NCBI GenBank assembly: GCA_910592345.1
Contig: CAJVPI010000178.1
Span: 1-45,369, forward strand
From: Paraglomus brasilianum
Lineage: Eukaryota
Reading direction: 5' to 3'
Length of the DNA: 45,369 bases
The notes below the pieces were generated by a model. The model saw nothing but the letters and a program-made list of their open reading frames with translations, was not told where the DNA came from and did not search any database. The position numbers and the translations under genes are program-made. Position 1 is the first letter of the stretch; every line of letters begins with the position of its first letter. Shown in pieces: positions 26,698 to 39,802 of the stretch.

Positions 26698-27035
26698 AGG
26701 GCGGCCAACAAATAATAGTAAGCTTTGCTGGAATTCAACATCACCCTAAACATTGGCCTAACCCCAAACAATTCAACCCGGATCGCTTCCTAGAACCCAA
26801 CGCTTCTAAAATTGAGAAACATGCGCTTCCAATGTTTGGCGGTGGGTTGCGCATCTGTCCTGGTAGACACATGGCAATGGCAGAACTGAAAGTGGTTATT
26901 GCCATGATATTCCGTAAATATGATCTTGAATTGGCTACAGCAGACACTGAACTAAAGTTTAAGTGCGACTTGGTGAATCATTGTTCCGAATTAATGTTAA
27001 GATTTAAACCTAGGACGAAAAAAGCCGTCCACTAA
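25180..27035 (+). CDS. Cytochrome P450 monooxygenase, 538 aa
   Basis: Exons 25180-26214, 26310-26555 and 26700-27035 (1617 nt). N-terminal anchor, PLPGPLPLPLVGN hinge, I-helix AGIDT|T, ETSR (ExxR), PDRF and the heme motif FGGGLRICPG. Confidence 0.96.
26664..26696 (+). repeat. (TTA)11 microsatellite directly upstream of the P450 intron 2 acceptor
   Basis: Read directly; followed by CAG|G. Confidence 0.95.
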
Positions 27036-27532
27036 ATGGGTGAAACCATTTGCAATATCCATGGAAAGAATGGGGTTTATTGTATATTATAGATTAAGGT
27101 TTTGGTCCATTCTCTTCCCTTGTCCGAGTTGTAAATTTGTTATTTAGTTAAATATATTTGGGTTATACATAGGGGAAAGTGGTGCAAATAACAAACATTC
27201 TATTAATATTATATGCTGTTTGAGCAGATCGGGAAATTGCAATCGGAATTTCCTTTGTACATGTATATTTAGTGATTGGTTTCTTCGTCGAGGAATAAAG
27301 ATGTTAATATATATATATAATATTCGAGTGCCCAAACTTGCAGAAAATTGTTACCGCAAAACGTCTAAACGTTTCCGTACAATATTGAAACAAAGTCTTT
27401 GGACAGCAAACTATGCTAACTGCAATTAGAAATCACAGTTCGGGGCGTCAGTGAGGTATATATTAAGCTTAAAATTTGCAATTTTCGTGTATGACAAAAT
27501 ATATTAATTTATCAGGGGATCAAAGCGCTGCA

Positions 27533-27587
27533 TAAAAGATATCTGACAATATAAAGATATCTGGCAACATAAGGATATCTGGCAATA
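27533..27587. repeat. 3 x ~18-bp tandem repeat (TAAAGATATCTGGCAA(C/T)A)
   Basis: Read directly. Confidence 0.8.
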
Positions 27588-30037
27588 AAATAGCGATCAG
27601 ATCAACAAAGCTCTGGACCGAGACCATATTTACAGTCTAATTTATCTAGCAACTTTCTTGAACCTGTCTTTATTGATTACCATGAATATTCAATAGAGCT
27701 TTTGTCGAATGATATGATGCAGTAATTTGTACAAACAAACAAACAAACACATATAATCTGTGTGCCATTACCTCAATGTTTGCCCCCCCCAATGTGGATC
27801 TTCGGTCTGCTTTATCATTTAATCAAAATAAAAAACTGGTTAACTACGCCGAGATCGTTTGATATCCTAAATGATATTAACGGCTTGTCTCAAAAAAATT
27901 ATATTTAATAACGTTGCACCTCTCTATTCAAAGATCGTCGCTTGCCATTCAAAGTTTATCTATTAGTGGATACGGAATATATTTACTAGCGTTAGTCAAA
28001 AGGGAGTAAAAATGTCAGTTATGGTTAAAAGTATTCTTTTACGGCAAATATGAGTTGTCAGTAAGACAATTTGAGTATGGGCAACGCATATTTTGTGTCG
28101 CAAGTATCGATCAACTTCTACCTTCGTTTGTTCCTAGTACTAAATGTTTGGTACAGAATCTTCCTTGAGATTTGTGACAAGATCATTGTTTCTAGATGCG
28201 TAAATTGGGGGGAAAATATTTGATTTGTGTACTATGAATATTGCAGCTTTTATTCTCATTGGTGTAATTTGGCTTGTAATAATTTATTGCACATGTCCCT
28301 TTGTTCTGCGATTGTTTTTTTTTATCCTATCGATATCTTGTTAGCATATATTTTAATGATGATGCAGGCGTGCCAATAGTTTTATTACACTTGACAAGTG
28401 CCAAGCTTTATTGGCACGCACTTTATTGATCCAGGCAGCCTATGGATAATGGACGACAAAACACATCATTACTTGATTGAATTAACAAATTGCTAAAGGT
28501 TAATATAAGAACGATAGTCATAATAAGAAATTGATAACCATAAAGAGTAGGTTAGTGTTAGCAGTATAAATAACGAATAGGTAATACTGTCTGCTGCCAA
28601 GGGAAAGAAAAACGCACATCTATGTAATTACAGGTCTGCTGTTGAATTATATGCAGGAATCATCGATCGTGAGCCTTTGCCAGCAAGATCGGAATAACTA
28701 CAACTATTATATAACTGATAATACACAGTATTTTGGCAATCAGTTATTGGAATATTCTAAAGTGTTGTGGGTGGTAGTGTTCCCGTGCTGGCACGTTTTG
28801 AGTAACGTCTTGTCCCGCACATGTGATACAGTGTGAGACGCGGAAATAGCAAACGACCTGATACCCAAATATAACTGAAGTCTGACATAATTAACTAAAT
28901 ATAGCATGAGTATAAAATTGGTAGCAAAGTAGAAACTATCCTCACTTCCATTACATTCAAAATAATTCGATGCTCCGAATTATCGGAATAAATGATTAAA
29001 CAAATTTCTATGCATTTTGAAAAAAGTTATTCTATAATCTGATAAAGAATCAACAAAGCCAATACGACATTACGGAGACCTTATTATTGTCCCTTGCCAA
29101 TCCTTTTTTTTTATTATTTAAAAGTAGAGTCAACACAAGCCAAATGAAATAAGGCGATGGAATAAACGTTATTTGGAACAGCGACTTGCCACCTTTTTTT
29201 GGTGAAAATCAAGCGTATTATAATGTAGATACAGTAATAATTTACATTACGGGCATGGGTTGCAATAAAGTCAGGATATTTACATTGGCAACGAAGCTCT
29301 TTAATGTTATTGAAAAAGTTATCTAATGGGAGAATGAGCATATAAGCCCGATTTATTGTAATCGTCAGCAAAGACATTCGGCGTAATTTGCCAATGATCG
29401 AAGAGAATCTTCTCAGAGTTAAAGCTGGGAATAAAGCTAAATTTTAGCCTAGCAACCGGAATTATGATGGTAACTGACATGGTGTTTTTACCAAAGTTTT
29501 TCTTAACCATAAAAATTTGTAAATGCTTCGAGTTATAGTAATAGTAATTGATAAATAGAGCAAATTATAGGATTGATAGAATTAAATATTTTAAAAAATA
29601 TTAGATTTTTTCAATTACAATTAATTAGTCTAAGGCTTTTACAAATCCAACTTTTATGACTTATTTGCTTTCATGCTTTTATTAAAGTTATCAATATTAA
29701 CCGTGCCTCGTAATGGTTTATTTCTGCTAAATACATATCAATAGACTATAAACTGCTGAAACATTGTTTACAACTTGGGAAACTTGGTTGTCACCTCACT
29801 ACTGAATGATCAAATTTTACTAATTTGATAATTACAACTATATAGCTCTCAACAAGTCTTATTTAACATATTGTCTAACAGGTATATTATAACCTTCCCA
29901 GTCTTTTAAAATACGTAATTTTCGTTGCTATCTGACCTGTTACAGGGTCATAATTTATCGTGCAGTCCCCGGCAGAAATAATGGGTGACAATCGGTTTAT
30001 AGCCTCCATAAAAATCTAATAGAAAAATTGGTTTATC

Positions 30038-30040
<3 letters not shown>

Positions 30041-30106
<66 letters not shown>
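30041..30106. repeat. (AAT)22 microsatellite
   Basis: Read directly. Confidence 0.98.
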
Positions 30107-30107
<1 letters not shown>

Positions 30108-30618
30108 TGTAAACGCGTCATTTTTTTTTATTACTAATACGTCAGAGCGGATTAATAACATCCTTACATTTTATTCTCAGTTTAATTTGGATACATTATA
30201 AGCTTATGATAACTGTCTCGAAATCTGCTATAAAATGTTCGTGTTTTCAGTTCCTCCTCAGATCAATCTCTCAATTCTTTATTATTATTCCTTATAACAT
30301 ATAGACACTTACATCCTCTTATTCCACATTGACCTGCTCCCTCTCAAATAACTACCATTATCTTATATCTCATTAGAATTCTTTCATGTATGGCCTTCCT
30401 GCTGGCCACTTCTTTGTTTCACCTCTGACTCTGTCATGTGGGGCAGACTGCAACAAACCCAGACAAAGTGAACATGACATAAATAAGAGGCTGGTGAGGC
30501 TAAAAGTTAACTAATTTGACTAATAAATTTTGATCATTCACAACATAAATTACAGTTTTAAATTATATTATTATTATGCCAAAATGTAACTTTATTAAGT
30601 AATCTTCTATATAAAATT

Positions 30619-30719
30619 GATATAGGGTTATCTCTACATAAAAATATAAATATGAAACTAATTTTACCATAAACCCTAAAAATTACAGCTCAATTAGAAG
30701 TATTCTAAAGAAAAAACAA
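30619..30719 (+). repeat. Dispersed repeat, second copy at ~39692-39802
   Basis: ATATAGGGTTATCTCTA..AAAATAT.AATATGAAACTAATTT...AATTACAGC...AGAAG.ATTCTAAAGAAA.AACAA is shared by both loci. Confidence 0.8.
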
Positions 30720-31058
30720 GGAGAAAAAATTGCGCCTTATGTTTTTAAAATCAATGACATCCAAACTCTCCAGGAATATCTGGATAAAGAAAAAATTACT
30801 TATGAAATTTACCAAGAACGAAAAATCAAACAAAAAAACGAACATTTTAAATTTTCTGCAAGACTTCTTCAATCTGCTGCCATATGGACCATATGGACAG
30901 ATTATACCTCCTTTGCTTTTGGCTATTCTCCTCCTTTTCCCAATAATTCACTAAACTCTCTCCTTGCCACCCTTACAAATTATAGACACCTAATCTCCTC
31001 ATCCCCAACGTGGCCTTCTCACTCTAGACTAAATTACACTCCACATATATAATTGATC

Positions 31059-31272
31059 TTCCCATTTGACCACTTCTTTATTACATATCTGTACAACATG
31101 TTAAAACCAGATTTAGCGGGTATCCGTAGCTTTGGTAATAAAGTAAATTTAGCTTATCTCATTTTTCACTAATAATATTACATATACAATTGGTTTTCCC
31201 ATTTGACCACTTCTACACCTCTGTACATGTTAAAACTAGCTTCAGCTAGTATCCGTAGCTTGGTAATAAAGT
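31059..31272. repeat. Local direct duplication (~80 bp; 31059-31144 and 31196-31272)
   Basis: TTCCCATTTGACCACTTCT...CATGTTAAAAC...GTATCCGTAGCTT(T)GGTAATAAAGT occurs twice. Confidence 0.8.
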
Positions 31273-33173
31273 CGTACAAATATCGTATCTTAAATTTAGT
31301 TACCAGGTTTATGATGTTCGCTCTACTTATTTATTTCAGTCATACGATTGATATTAAATACGCAAATATATTTTGGGAAAGTATATCTTATCATTAACGA
31401 GAGTTTATATATATGTTTTTTAATTTAGTCTTTCGACGTACCTTCAACTATTGATCAATAAAATTGCTCAACAACAAATCAACAGGGTGATATTAATATA
31501 GAAACAAATTACGGTAAATTTAAAGCCTTTCGTGTATTGAAGAGAAATTGCATAGTATAAAACACAAATGTATTATAATTAAATTAAAAGTATGAAAACC
31601 ATTGCGCAAAATACATGAAATAGAATAGATTCATTTGTAACTGAGTAGTCAACTCTTTTACTATATTCACGTATTCATTGTTTGTAAATTGAGGTAAAAA
31701 TACTATTTAATAATAACAAATATTGCTTGACCCCTTAGACTTATCGAACAGCAGAAACCGTATATAATACGGTATAAACCACGCTAGGGCCAGTCCAAAA
31801 ACGCAAGGGTATATTTTTTTGCACGAGCTGGACCATTTGACTTGATTTTATTTTCATGTTATGATATTAGTCTTGAATTAAAATTAATAAAAACAAAATT
31901 AATTATTTAAAAAAATATATATACTAGTCCTACTCAAGTATGCATTGTGAAATTTTAAAGATTAAGTTACTTGAATGTCATAGAGAATTGGATTGATAAA
32001 GTACTCGGGCTGTCAGTTAGTAAAAACAATGTATATGCGTATGTAACGTTATCAGATTACATACTTTGACATGTAGCTGAGATGGTATGGAAAAGTATAC
32101 AGTACATGTAAATAATAAACTTAAAAGAGTATATGTTAACATATTTTACATCACTATAAAACTTTGGTAAATACTATTCGAAACACCGGATTCAAACAAT
32201 ATACTGTATTCCCAATTATGCAAGACTGAGTTGAAGACTAATTTTGTGACTTCGCAAGAGGATTATTATTGATTATTACTGACCGCCCAACCGATGCTAG
32301 CTGGTGATATTGATATGTTACGTACATAATAAGCGGGGAAGAAAACGATATACAAGTATGTTTAGAAGCAAATAATCTTAAACTTGTTTGATAGATATAC
32401 GGCACAGTAAATCGTATAAACTTGCATATGCTGTGTTGCACACAGGTTGTTTTTTTTTTTTAATCATTTCGTTTGTTCAGATAACACATATGACATTATT
32501 CAAGACTATATATACGTAACTATACATCAAAAGCTAAGATACGAATGTGATACAGTCATGGGGGCAACTCTCGTTCTCTAAGTAGTTTGATAACTTTAGG
32601 ACCGCAAATTTTGCTCTCTGCCCGCTACTTTTATTTCAAAATGATATGATACATATCCACACGCTTGGTAAAGGCAATTACACGTAATTATATCTCATAG
32701 CAATAGACTTTATTTGATGCGTTAAATTAGTTTACCTTGCTATGATAACAGTTTAGAAGCATGCATTCTATTTGCGCTAGTACTAGTAAACTGCTGATGA
32801 TAAATAAAACTATTATAATTGTTATATATTACGAATTAGGCTCTATTGAATCGTCATAATTATTTGAAAGAATGCTTGAATGCATAAAAATATCGTAATT
32901 TGTAAGCATAAGTTTCAATCATGCAAAAAATTCTAATTTCTAATCGTTCTTTTTTTCGAACAGAATTAAATGGTAAAAATAAAAAACAAAGCTGTTAGGA
33001 GAAAAAAATGGTAGGTGTGTAAAAAAAGTCACATAACTGCCGCCGTCGACAGTCTAGTAAAGGAAAAGAAGAATCTCGTGTGATTTGATTGCTAAACCAG
33101 AGCAATGTTATCGTCATTTTGGCTACGAGTTGTGTGATTATGCGTCATTACGTCATCACCATATTGTGTCACG

Positions 33174-33729
33174 TTAACCCGACACTGACCTCCCTCGCCT
33201 TGTAGTGGAATAATAATAATTTCTAACTTGTAGTCTTGTACGGTCTGATAATTCCTTGGAAATTTTCTTCCATTTTTTACCATGAATAGCGTACAAGCGC
33301 ATAATAAGGTCTTTTTCCCTCTGTGAGAGCGGATTTCTGTTTACTATAAGCAAAGCAAGATGCTATAAGTACTTGTGTAATGAGTGAGACGCTATCTGCA
33401 TATTTCATAATGTAGAAAACTTACTACTAGGTGACAAATGACAAGTCCACCTAAACATAAAAAAGATGTGAGTACGTAAAACATTAATCACACGCTCTAT
33501 TTTAACTCAAGTCGTCTCACCTATCTTCAATCTGATTCGGTTTTCGACCAGGAACGTGGAGAGCTATTTTACTCCAGCGTCTACCAAAAACTACACGGAG
33601 ATCTCGAAGCAAATCATCTTCCTGCTCGAGTAATCGATTATGAGTGCCACTATTATAGTTATATAAATTGTGTTTACAAATTACGAAAGACGAATAACAC
33701 ACCTCTTGGGTCCAATGCTGTCTCTTCAT
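33174..33729 (-). CDS. Small two-repeat (R2R3-like) Myb DNA-binding protein, 107 aa
   Basis: Exons 33729-33703, 33621-33521, 33450-33425 and 33343-33174 (324 nt; GT-AG introns of 81, 70 and 81 nt). Protein: MKRQHWTQEEDDLLRDLRVVFGRRWSKIALHVPGRKPNQIEDRWTCHLSPSINRNPLSQREKDLIMRLYAIHGKKWKKISKELSDRTRLQVRNYYYSTTRRGRSVSG. Confidence 0.88.
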
Positions 33730-35222
33730 AGCAAAGTAGTAATGATAGTGCGTTAATAGTAATAATTTGTAAAGACTGTGATGAATTTCTTATAGATATA
33801 AGAGAAGTCTATAGTAAAGATAGAGGCAGAGCCGAAGGCAAGTGAAGCAGCCTTTTATGAGTTTATGACTACTATGAACAATTACAATAAATTAACACAC
33901 TGACCATGCTAGTCTTATTCGATTCGTTCAAACGTTATATTATGATGCAGGGACTGTTTGTTTGTTATGTATCATTACCATCGATTGGTATTGCGACTAC
34001 AACAAAAATATCACGAGTTTTGACGACTTTTCTTCCAAATTATGAACCACTTATATCTGAACTGCTTGCTTTACTTCTCGTTAAAGACAATGGCCCCGAT
34101 ATACGTGATTGTTTTATTCTCAATTAGCTGTCATCAAAGTCGTCATACTTTGTGACAAAGGGAAACGGTTTCTGAATATAATTTCAATGACATCATTTCG
34201 TCGACAATCCTTGCCGGACTGCATCGCCGGCAATGCATATTTGGTATGTTTGTATTGATCAACTTTCCATTGTGTTCAATGATCACAATTAGAAGTCATA
34301 AACAATGGAAAAAAAATGCAACCAATAATATAACTAATTTGAAATGGCTTTAAAAGGGATTTATTTGAATGGGATAATGGTTACGATTATGGTTGTGATT
34401 GACAATCCGAAGCCCACCACCCCAACATTTCATTAATAACCAATTCAATAGGTAACCAATATGTTTTCGCCAAATACAGACTGTTAAATAAAATTTTTTA
34501 ATATTCAAGAAAGCGTTTTGGTTAAATATTTCTGGTCAAAGGGAAGAAAAGGCTCTAACATTTCGTCCTAATCCTCGATTTACTTCTTTTAAGCCTGTAA
34601 ACGTTCCCCCTTTTGCACAGCTCCAATATATTGCATTGTAATCATATTGTTTATTACTATTACATCATTCCTCAATTTTTTATCCCCTTTTTATTTATTA
34701 TCGCTGACAAATTTAATTTCCCTTGCAACACAGTGCAGCAGTGGAGTGGTTGACACGTATCCACGTGACATAACACAATGGACTACCTAATCAAAGGTTA
34801 TCATGTGAGACGATTAACAGTCATAACAAGTTGGTTGATTTGGGCATTATAGACCGGCCAAAATTCCATCGAAGAATAAAATCAAGCCTTTTTGATCAAA
34901 CGTTAAGAATATTCAAAATTGAAAAAGTGCTCTAGTCAACTTTTGAGACGCAACTATGAATAATGCAAAGTGTTTTTAAATTTAGTCTTAACAGAATCGC
35001 TGACTTGCCTTATTGTGCATTAAAAGTTAGAAACCAACTAACCAGAAAGAGAAGTCTCAATTTCACAAGCTTTGCGCTGGATTTGAATTTACACACAGTC
35101 AAGTGAAGTTGGTTTTGTTTTGTTTTTTGCGTTACCTGGATTATTTACTTACGAATTTACGTTCTAATCTCCAAAAAACTCTGTAAAGTGAAAGAAAAGT
35201 AATACCAATATGTGCTTTACAG

Positions 35223-35463
35223 GGGGGTCCGGTTCATTTCCCCGACAATTATTTCCCGAAAAGTTATCTTTTGTCGGTATTTGATTTGGACCTGTCTCAG
35301 TTCTGGACTAAAACAGGTCTCAAACTGAGGTACAACAGACTCTGGTAGCAAATTTAAGCGTTTTGATAAGCATTAACAGATTAGTGTCAAAATGATTGTC
35401 GAAGTGATTGTCGGAGAAATAAGCTGCCGGGGAAGTAATTTTCGGAGAAATAAACGGCTCCCT
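35223..35463. mobile_element. Family B MITE, copy 2, 8-bp TSD CTTTACAG, with a nested family A element
   Basis: GGGGGTCCGGTTCATTTCCCCGAC ... GAAATAAACGGCTCCCT; CTTTACAG at 35215-35222 and 35464-35471. Confidence 0.8.
35272..35337. mobile_element. Short family A MITE (copy 3, reverse orientation) nested in family B
   Basis: GGACCTGTCTCAGTTCTGGACT...AACTGAGGTACAACA is the reverse complement of the family A start. Confidence 0.7.
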
Positions 35464-35946
35464 CTTTACAGCGAGTGTTGACGAGACTCGTAATATGTAG
35501 CAGGATTATCCTTTCTACGTGAAGAGACCTCTAACTATATAAAACAGATTGTCTTCAGTCACAACTTACAGGTAATAAAAGTTGGCCTATCTCTACAACC
35601 CTGCTTTTTTTTTGGAAGAGAAATTATAAACCTACAGATAGCAAATAAATAAACAAATAAGAATAAACGATAACATATATATTAGCTGTGAATATAGCGA
35701 TCTCAACTAATTATAATGTTTTTTCAATTTTTTTCTAGATTTTGTAATTGGAATGCCATTATCATAAACATAAAAATGGGTAACTTGGCTCAATTTTTTT
35801 TACTTTGAGTAATTGGTTAAATTATAATGCGAAACACAAAAAAAATTATTTTATGGCTCACGACAAAAACATATATATGTACATTGCCAATAATAGATAA
35901 ATAAGACTACTCATGGTTTATCTTATTACCATTATTTAATTATCTT

Positions 35947-36400
35947 TGTTGTATATCAGATCGGAATTTATGTCAATTCGGAACTGGCATGTGTCAGATC
36001 AGAATTTATGTCCGTTCGAAATTGACATATGTCAGATCGGAATAATACAGAGCATCAGTAACAATAAGAAGGTAACATACTTCAACATTAACAATATTAC
36101 CTTGGCTGCTCTATATAACTAATTAATATTCATACTATAAACTGCTCGATGCTTAATTTTATATGGCTTTTAATGAAACAATCAATAGATCATTGTGAAA
36201 TGAGATTATATAACCCCATGACATTTGAAATTGTGGTTTATAATATGTAACTAAACACTCGTCAATGGATGTGTCTCTTGTACAGTTAGATAAATACTGT
36301 GAGACATGTCCAAGAACTTGACACAGTAATTAGACAAGACTGAAGTAGAATGCAAACTGTATTCATGCATTATGCTATAATTCCGATCTGACATACAACA
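35947..36400. mobile_element. TGTTG...CAACA element, family C, 22-bp TIR
   Basis: TGTTGTATATCAGATCGGAATT pairs with AATTCCGATCTGACATACAACA (1 mismatch). Subterminal TATGTCA repeats; no TSD seen. Confidence 0.7.
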
Positions 36401-38120
36401 GTACCAATGCATTAGAAATGCCATGTTTTTATACTATTTATAACATCTGTGACAATGCATTTTATTCTCATTATTTTTTTACGCACAAGGAGGTAGAATA
36501 GCTTTATTAAGCAAACTGAGATATATTTATCACAAACATCGTAAGTTCTCATACACGTATATCATAATAATATTATTATCCAAATGGGCGGGAAGAAAAA
36601 AGTATTATCCCAAATTAAATCATGTACCTCTTTTATTAGTGGCCAAGTTTTCTATACATGTTAATTCAACAATTACATACGATCTTATTTCTGGCATATT
36701 AGATGCATTGCTTATAACTTATTATTCCAAAAAGACAGGATTTAGCTATACATATGTTACATAGTGCGCGCCAACTAACACGGGGAGTATAATTAACAGG
36801 TCTTGAAATTTAGCCTTAATTCCAACGTTAACTTCAGAAAGTTGTCTCTTCGACAATTGATGTCTGCTACAGCTTTCTGACTTTGTATTTTAATACGCTG
36901 TCAACAATAATTCTGGATGCAATAAAAATTGGGCTCAAACAATTCGTCGCCTATTATCTGGAGGTTTTATGATAATAACAAGTGTTTATTAACGTCATTT
37001 TATTATAATAAAATTCTCTCAAACAGTAAGCAGGATAAGTATGTATTAGAAAGACTGACGATTCAAATATCTTCAGCAGGCTATAATATTGAGACTGGCA
37101 GATGTTTCTCGCATCGCTCTTGATAATGGCGAAGTACGTGGTACTAGTATGTGGGCATCACTCGCGGAATATGACAACCGTTATATTACAAATGTGGCAT
37201 CTACAACAACACGAAATCATCTTTAAAGCGCTTGGAGAAAGGACAAAACGCCCTCATTATTACTACTGAGGAGACGCTGAGGGAGTTTCAGTTGATATGG
37301 TGAGACGATTGGCCAGCAAATGCATATAGCCCTTTTGAACACAATTATCAGAGTCAGTATTTGGTAAGGTCATGTCAGGACCTTAATTCACATACTGTAA
37401 TTACACTTATTATGCCAATGGTCTTTAAAATAAAAATTCGTTTGAAAGACAGATTCCCATATGGCAGTATATATTACGAATAGAAAAATAGCCTCTATCG
37501 TAACATCCCAAGCATTAGATCTTATGAGTCTGGCCACCTTGAAGAGTTTGGCTGCAAAGTTTCGTATTGTCAATCTTTCATTGTCCGTATTGTCGGGTCA
37601 CCTGATTTGCGCATTATCTGCCACGTGAAAAAAAGACCAATCAAATTCTTTGAAATTTGATTCATTCATCATATCTTATTTATTCATTATCATGGGACGG
37701 TCAGTTTGCTAATTTTAAAAGCACTATTTGAGAATGAAGCATCTATGCTACGGATGTGATAAGTAGACCTGTTTAGATATCTTAACACACATCATAATAT
37801 CTACACTTATTTTTAACGTATTGGTTGTGGAAGGTACGATCCCTATCGTACAGTAATTCGGATGGTTCAAAAAGTTCTTGTTCAACAATGCTCCCATCAA
37901 GATTCTTTTTTGATTATTTCTTCAACGGGAATGTTTTGTTATAAGCTTAATTACTATATACTGGTGGTCAATGATATTACTCTATCTATTAATTGGGAGA
38001 TTTCGGCTGTAGAGGAGATTCACTAACTAACCAACCACCTCGGAATTATTCAACTGAAAAATATACTAGCTTCAGGCACACTTTGAGGATTTGAGAAAAT
38101 CGATTTAACGGAAATTTAAT

Positions 38121-38718
38121 TTACTGCTCATAAAGCTCAATTACGTCCATAATATTACTATCATTGCTAGTAATATCCGGCTTTTGCACCATGTCGTTGT
38201 ATTGACTGCAGCAAACAAATTTAAAAATAATATTAATATTCTTTCCACCAAGATACATTGTTACCGTGATAATAACACCAGCAACGCCAAGCAGTATCTT
38301 GTATATTAAACCGTATTCTTCAGGCATATCGTTGACGGGTGGGATAGTTAGCGGAGTTGTAATAGTTGTCGTGGCTGAACAACTTAAGAAAGTGTTTACA
38401 CTAGATAGAGAATAGCAGCTATTGCCTGCATATTACAATATCGTCTTATCACAGTTCAAACAAACGTTAAATACCTTTGGGTTACTGTTGACAGAGAACT
38501 CGTTCTTGTATGTGTCGATCGACCATGAAAAGTATAACTAAAAATATGAACATTTGTACGTAAGTAGCGCACATACGTTAATATCTTTGCCATATGTCAG
38601 ACGCCTACCAGCAAGTGCAGGGACGGTATGCATCCTCGGAATTATTTACAGCAACAGCGTAGCTTCCAATAACAATACAAAGGCCGAGGATAACTTTAGT
38701 AATGTGTCTTTTTATCAT
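38121..38718 (-). CDS. Small type I membrane protein (signal peptide, Cys-rich ectodomain, T/P stalk, TM helix), ~156 aa
   Basis: Proposed exons 38718-38609, 38537-38475 and 38418-38121 (471 nt; GT-AG introns of 71 and 56 nt). MIKRHITKVILGLCIVIGSYAVA...PCTCCYTF...SCYSL...LSCSATTTITTPLTIPP...ILLGVAGVIITVTMYLGG. TATAAA at 38823-38818. The second acceptor choice is uncertain. Confidence 0.65.
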
Positions 38719-39802
38719 TGAGAGAAGAGGCAAGTATAAAGAGAATTCTTCAATAGTTAAGCTTGTCAGGACGAGTATATAGGAATCTGTACTGTTATTT
38801 TGAAATGAAGCCTGATATTTATAGTTAATACTCATCGGTGTCGATAGTCATTTCACGTGACGTGACACATTGTTTATCGCACGAATATCTATATGGTAGG
38901 ACACGTGTCACGGTTAGTGGCATATATTATAGTATGTTATGAAGTAACGTACTAAGTTATAGAATACGTATTACAGGGAGTAAGCTTGCTCCAACTCTTA
39001 GACCAAGATTTTTCTGAACGAGAGAGAAAAAAACTCATGTGAAAGTTGGGGTTGCCATAAGCGCGATCGCACAAAATGTGACATGTCTACAACAGTTCAA
39101 CATAAGAAATACGAACACTTCCGTTATTCTTGTGCAAGTCTATAGTTTGTGCACATACATAGGAGGAATTTCTCATATTGTTGTGATTATTACTACGAAA
39201 ATTATCGTGAGCCTCAGGGGTACATTATGAGCCGTTGGTTATTGGTTAGTTACACGTGGCAATGTATTTGTTTGTTATTATGGCGGGCAAAAACTCTCGC
39301 ACACCAACTACTAAAAATGGCCGATTGATAATCAGCAAGAGACACATAGGGAAAACGAGTGAGATCTGGTTGCTTAGGTCAGTGTTTTTATTGTATTGTC
39401 CGATTCAACCCATTTCTCTTGCCTTTTACATTCAAACTGTAAAAAACCTGTTATCTAAATTTGATCGATTGGCTCAGCGACTGCCGTTCACTACTATTAA
39501 GATTATATATGGGGCATGCTGCAACAAAACCAGACAAAGTGAACATTTTATTATGTGAGGCTAATTATGATGTGGCTGTAAAATTGACCAGGGTGAATGA
39601 TGACGTTTTGAAAAGTAATAATGGTGCTTATGGACTTGTTAATGTTCACTTTATCATACCAGAATGTGATGAATAAACCATAACAAGATTAATATAGGGT
39701 TATCTCTATATAAAAAATATTAATATGAAACTAATTTACATTAAATCCACTATGGAACCAAAGAATTACAGCACTATCAGAAGCATTCTAAAGAAAGAAC
39801 AA

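Noticed and set aside
29114..29510. Two overlapping minus-strand ORFs that might be a frameshifted gene
   Set aside because: No recognisable domain.
37080..37370. Coding-like plus-strand stretch ending at a GTAAG donor
   Set aside because: Contains stops and no recognisable family.
39461..39676. 71-aa ORF next to the code-4 cassette
   Set aside because: Opposite strand, separated from the cassette by a fungal repeat, and no recognised motif.
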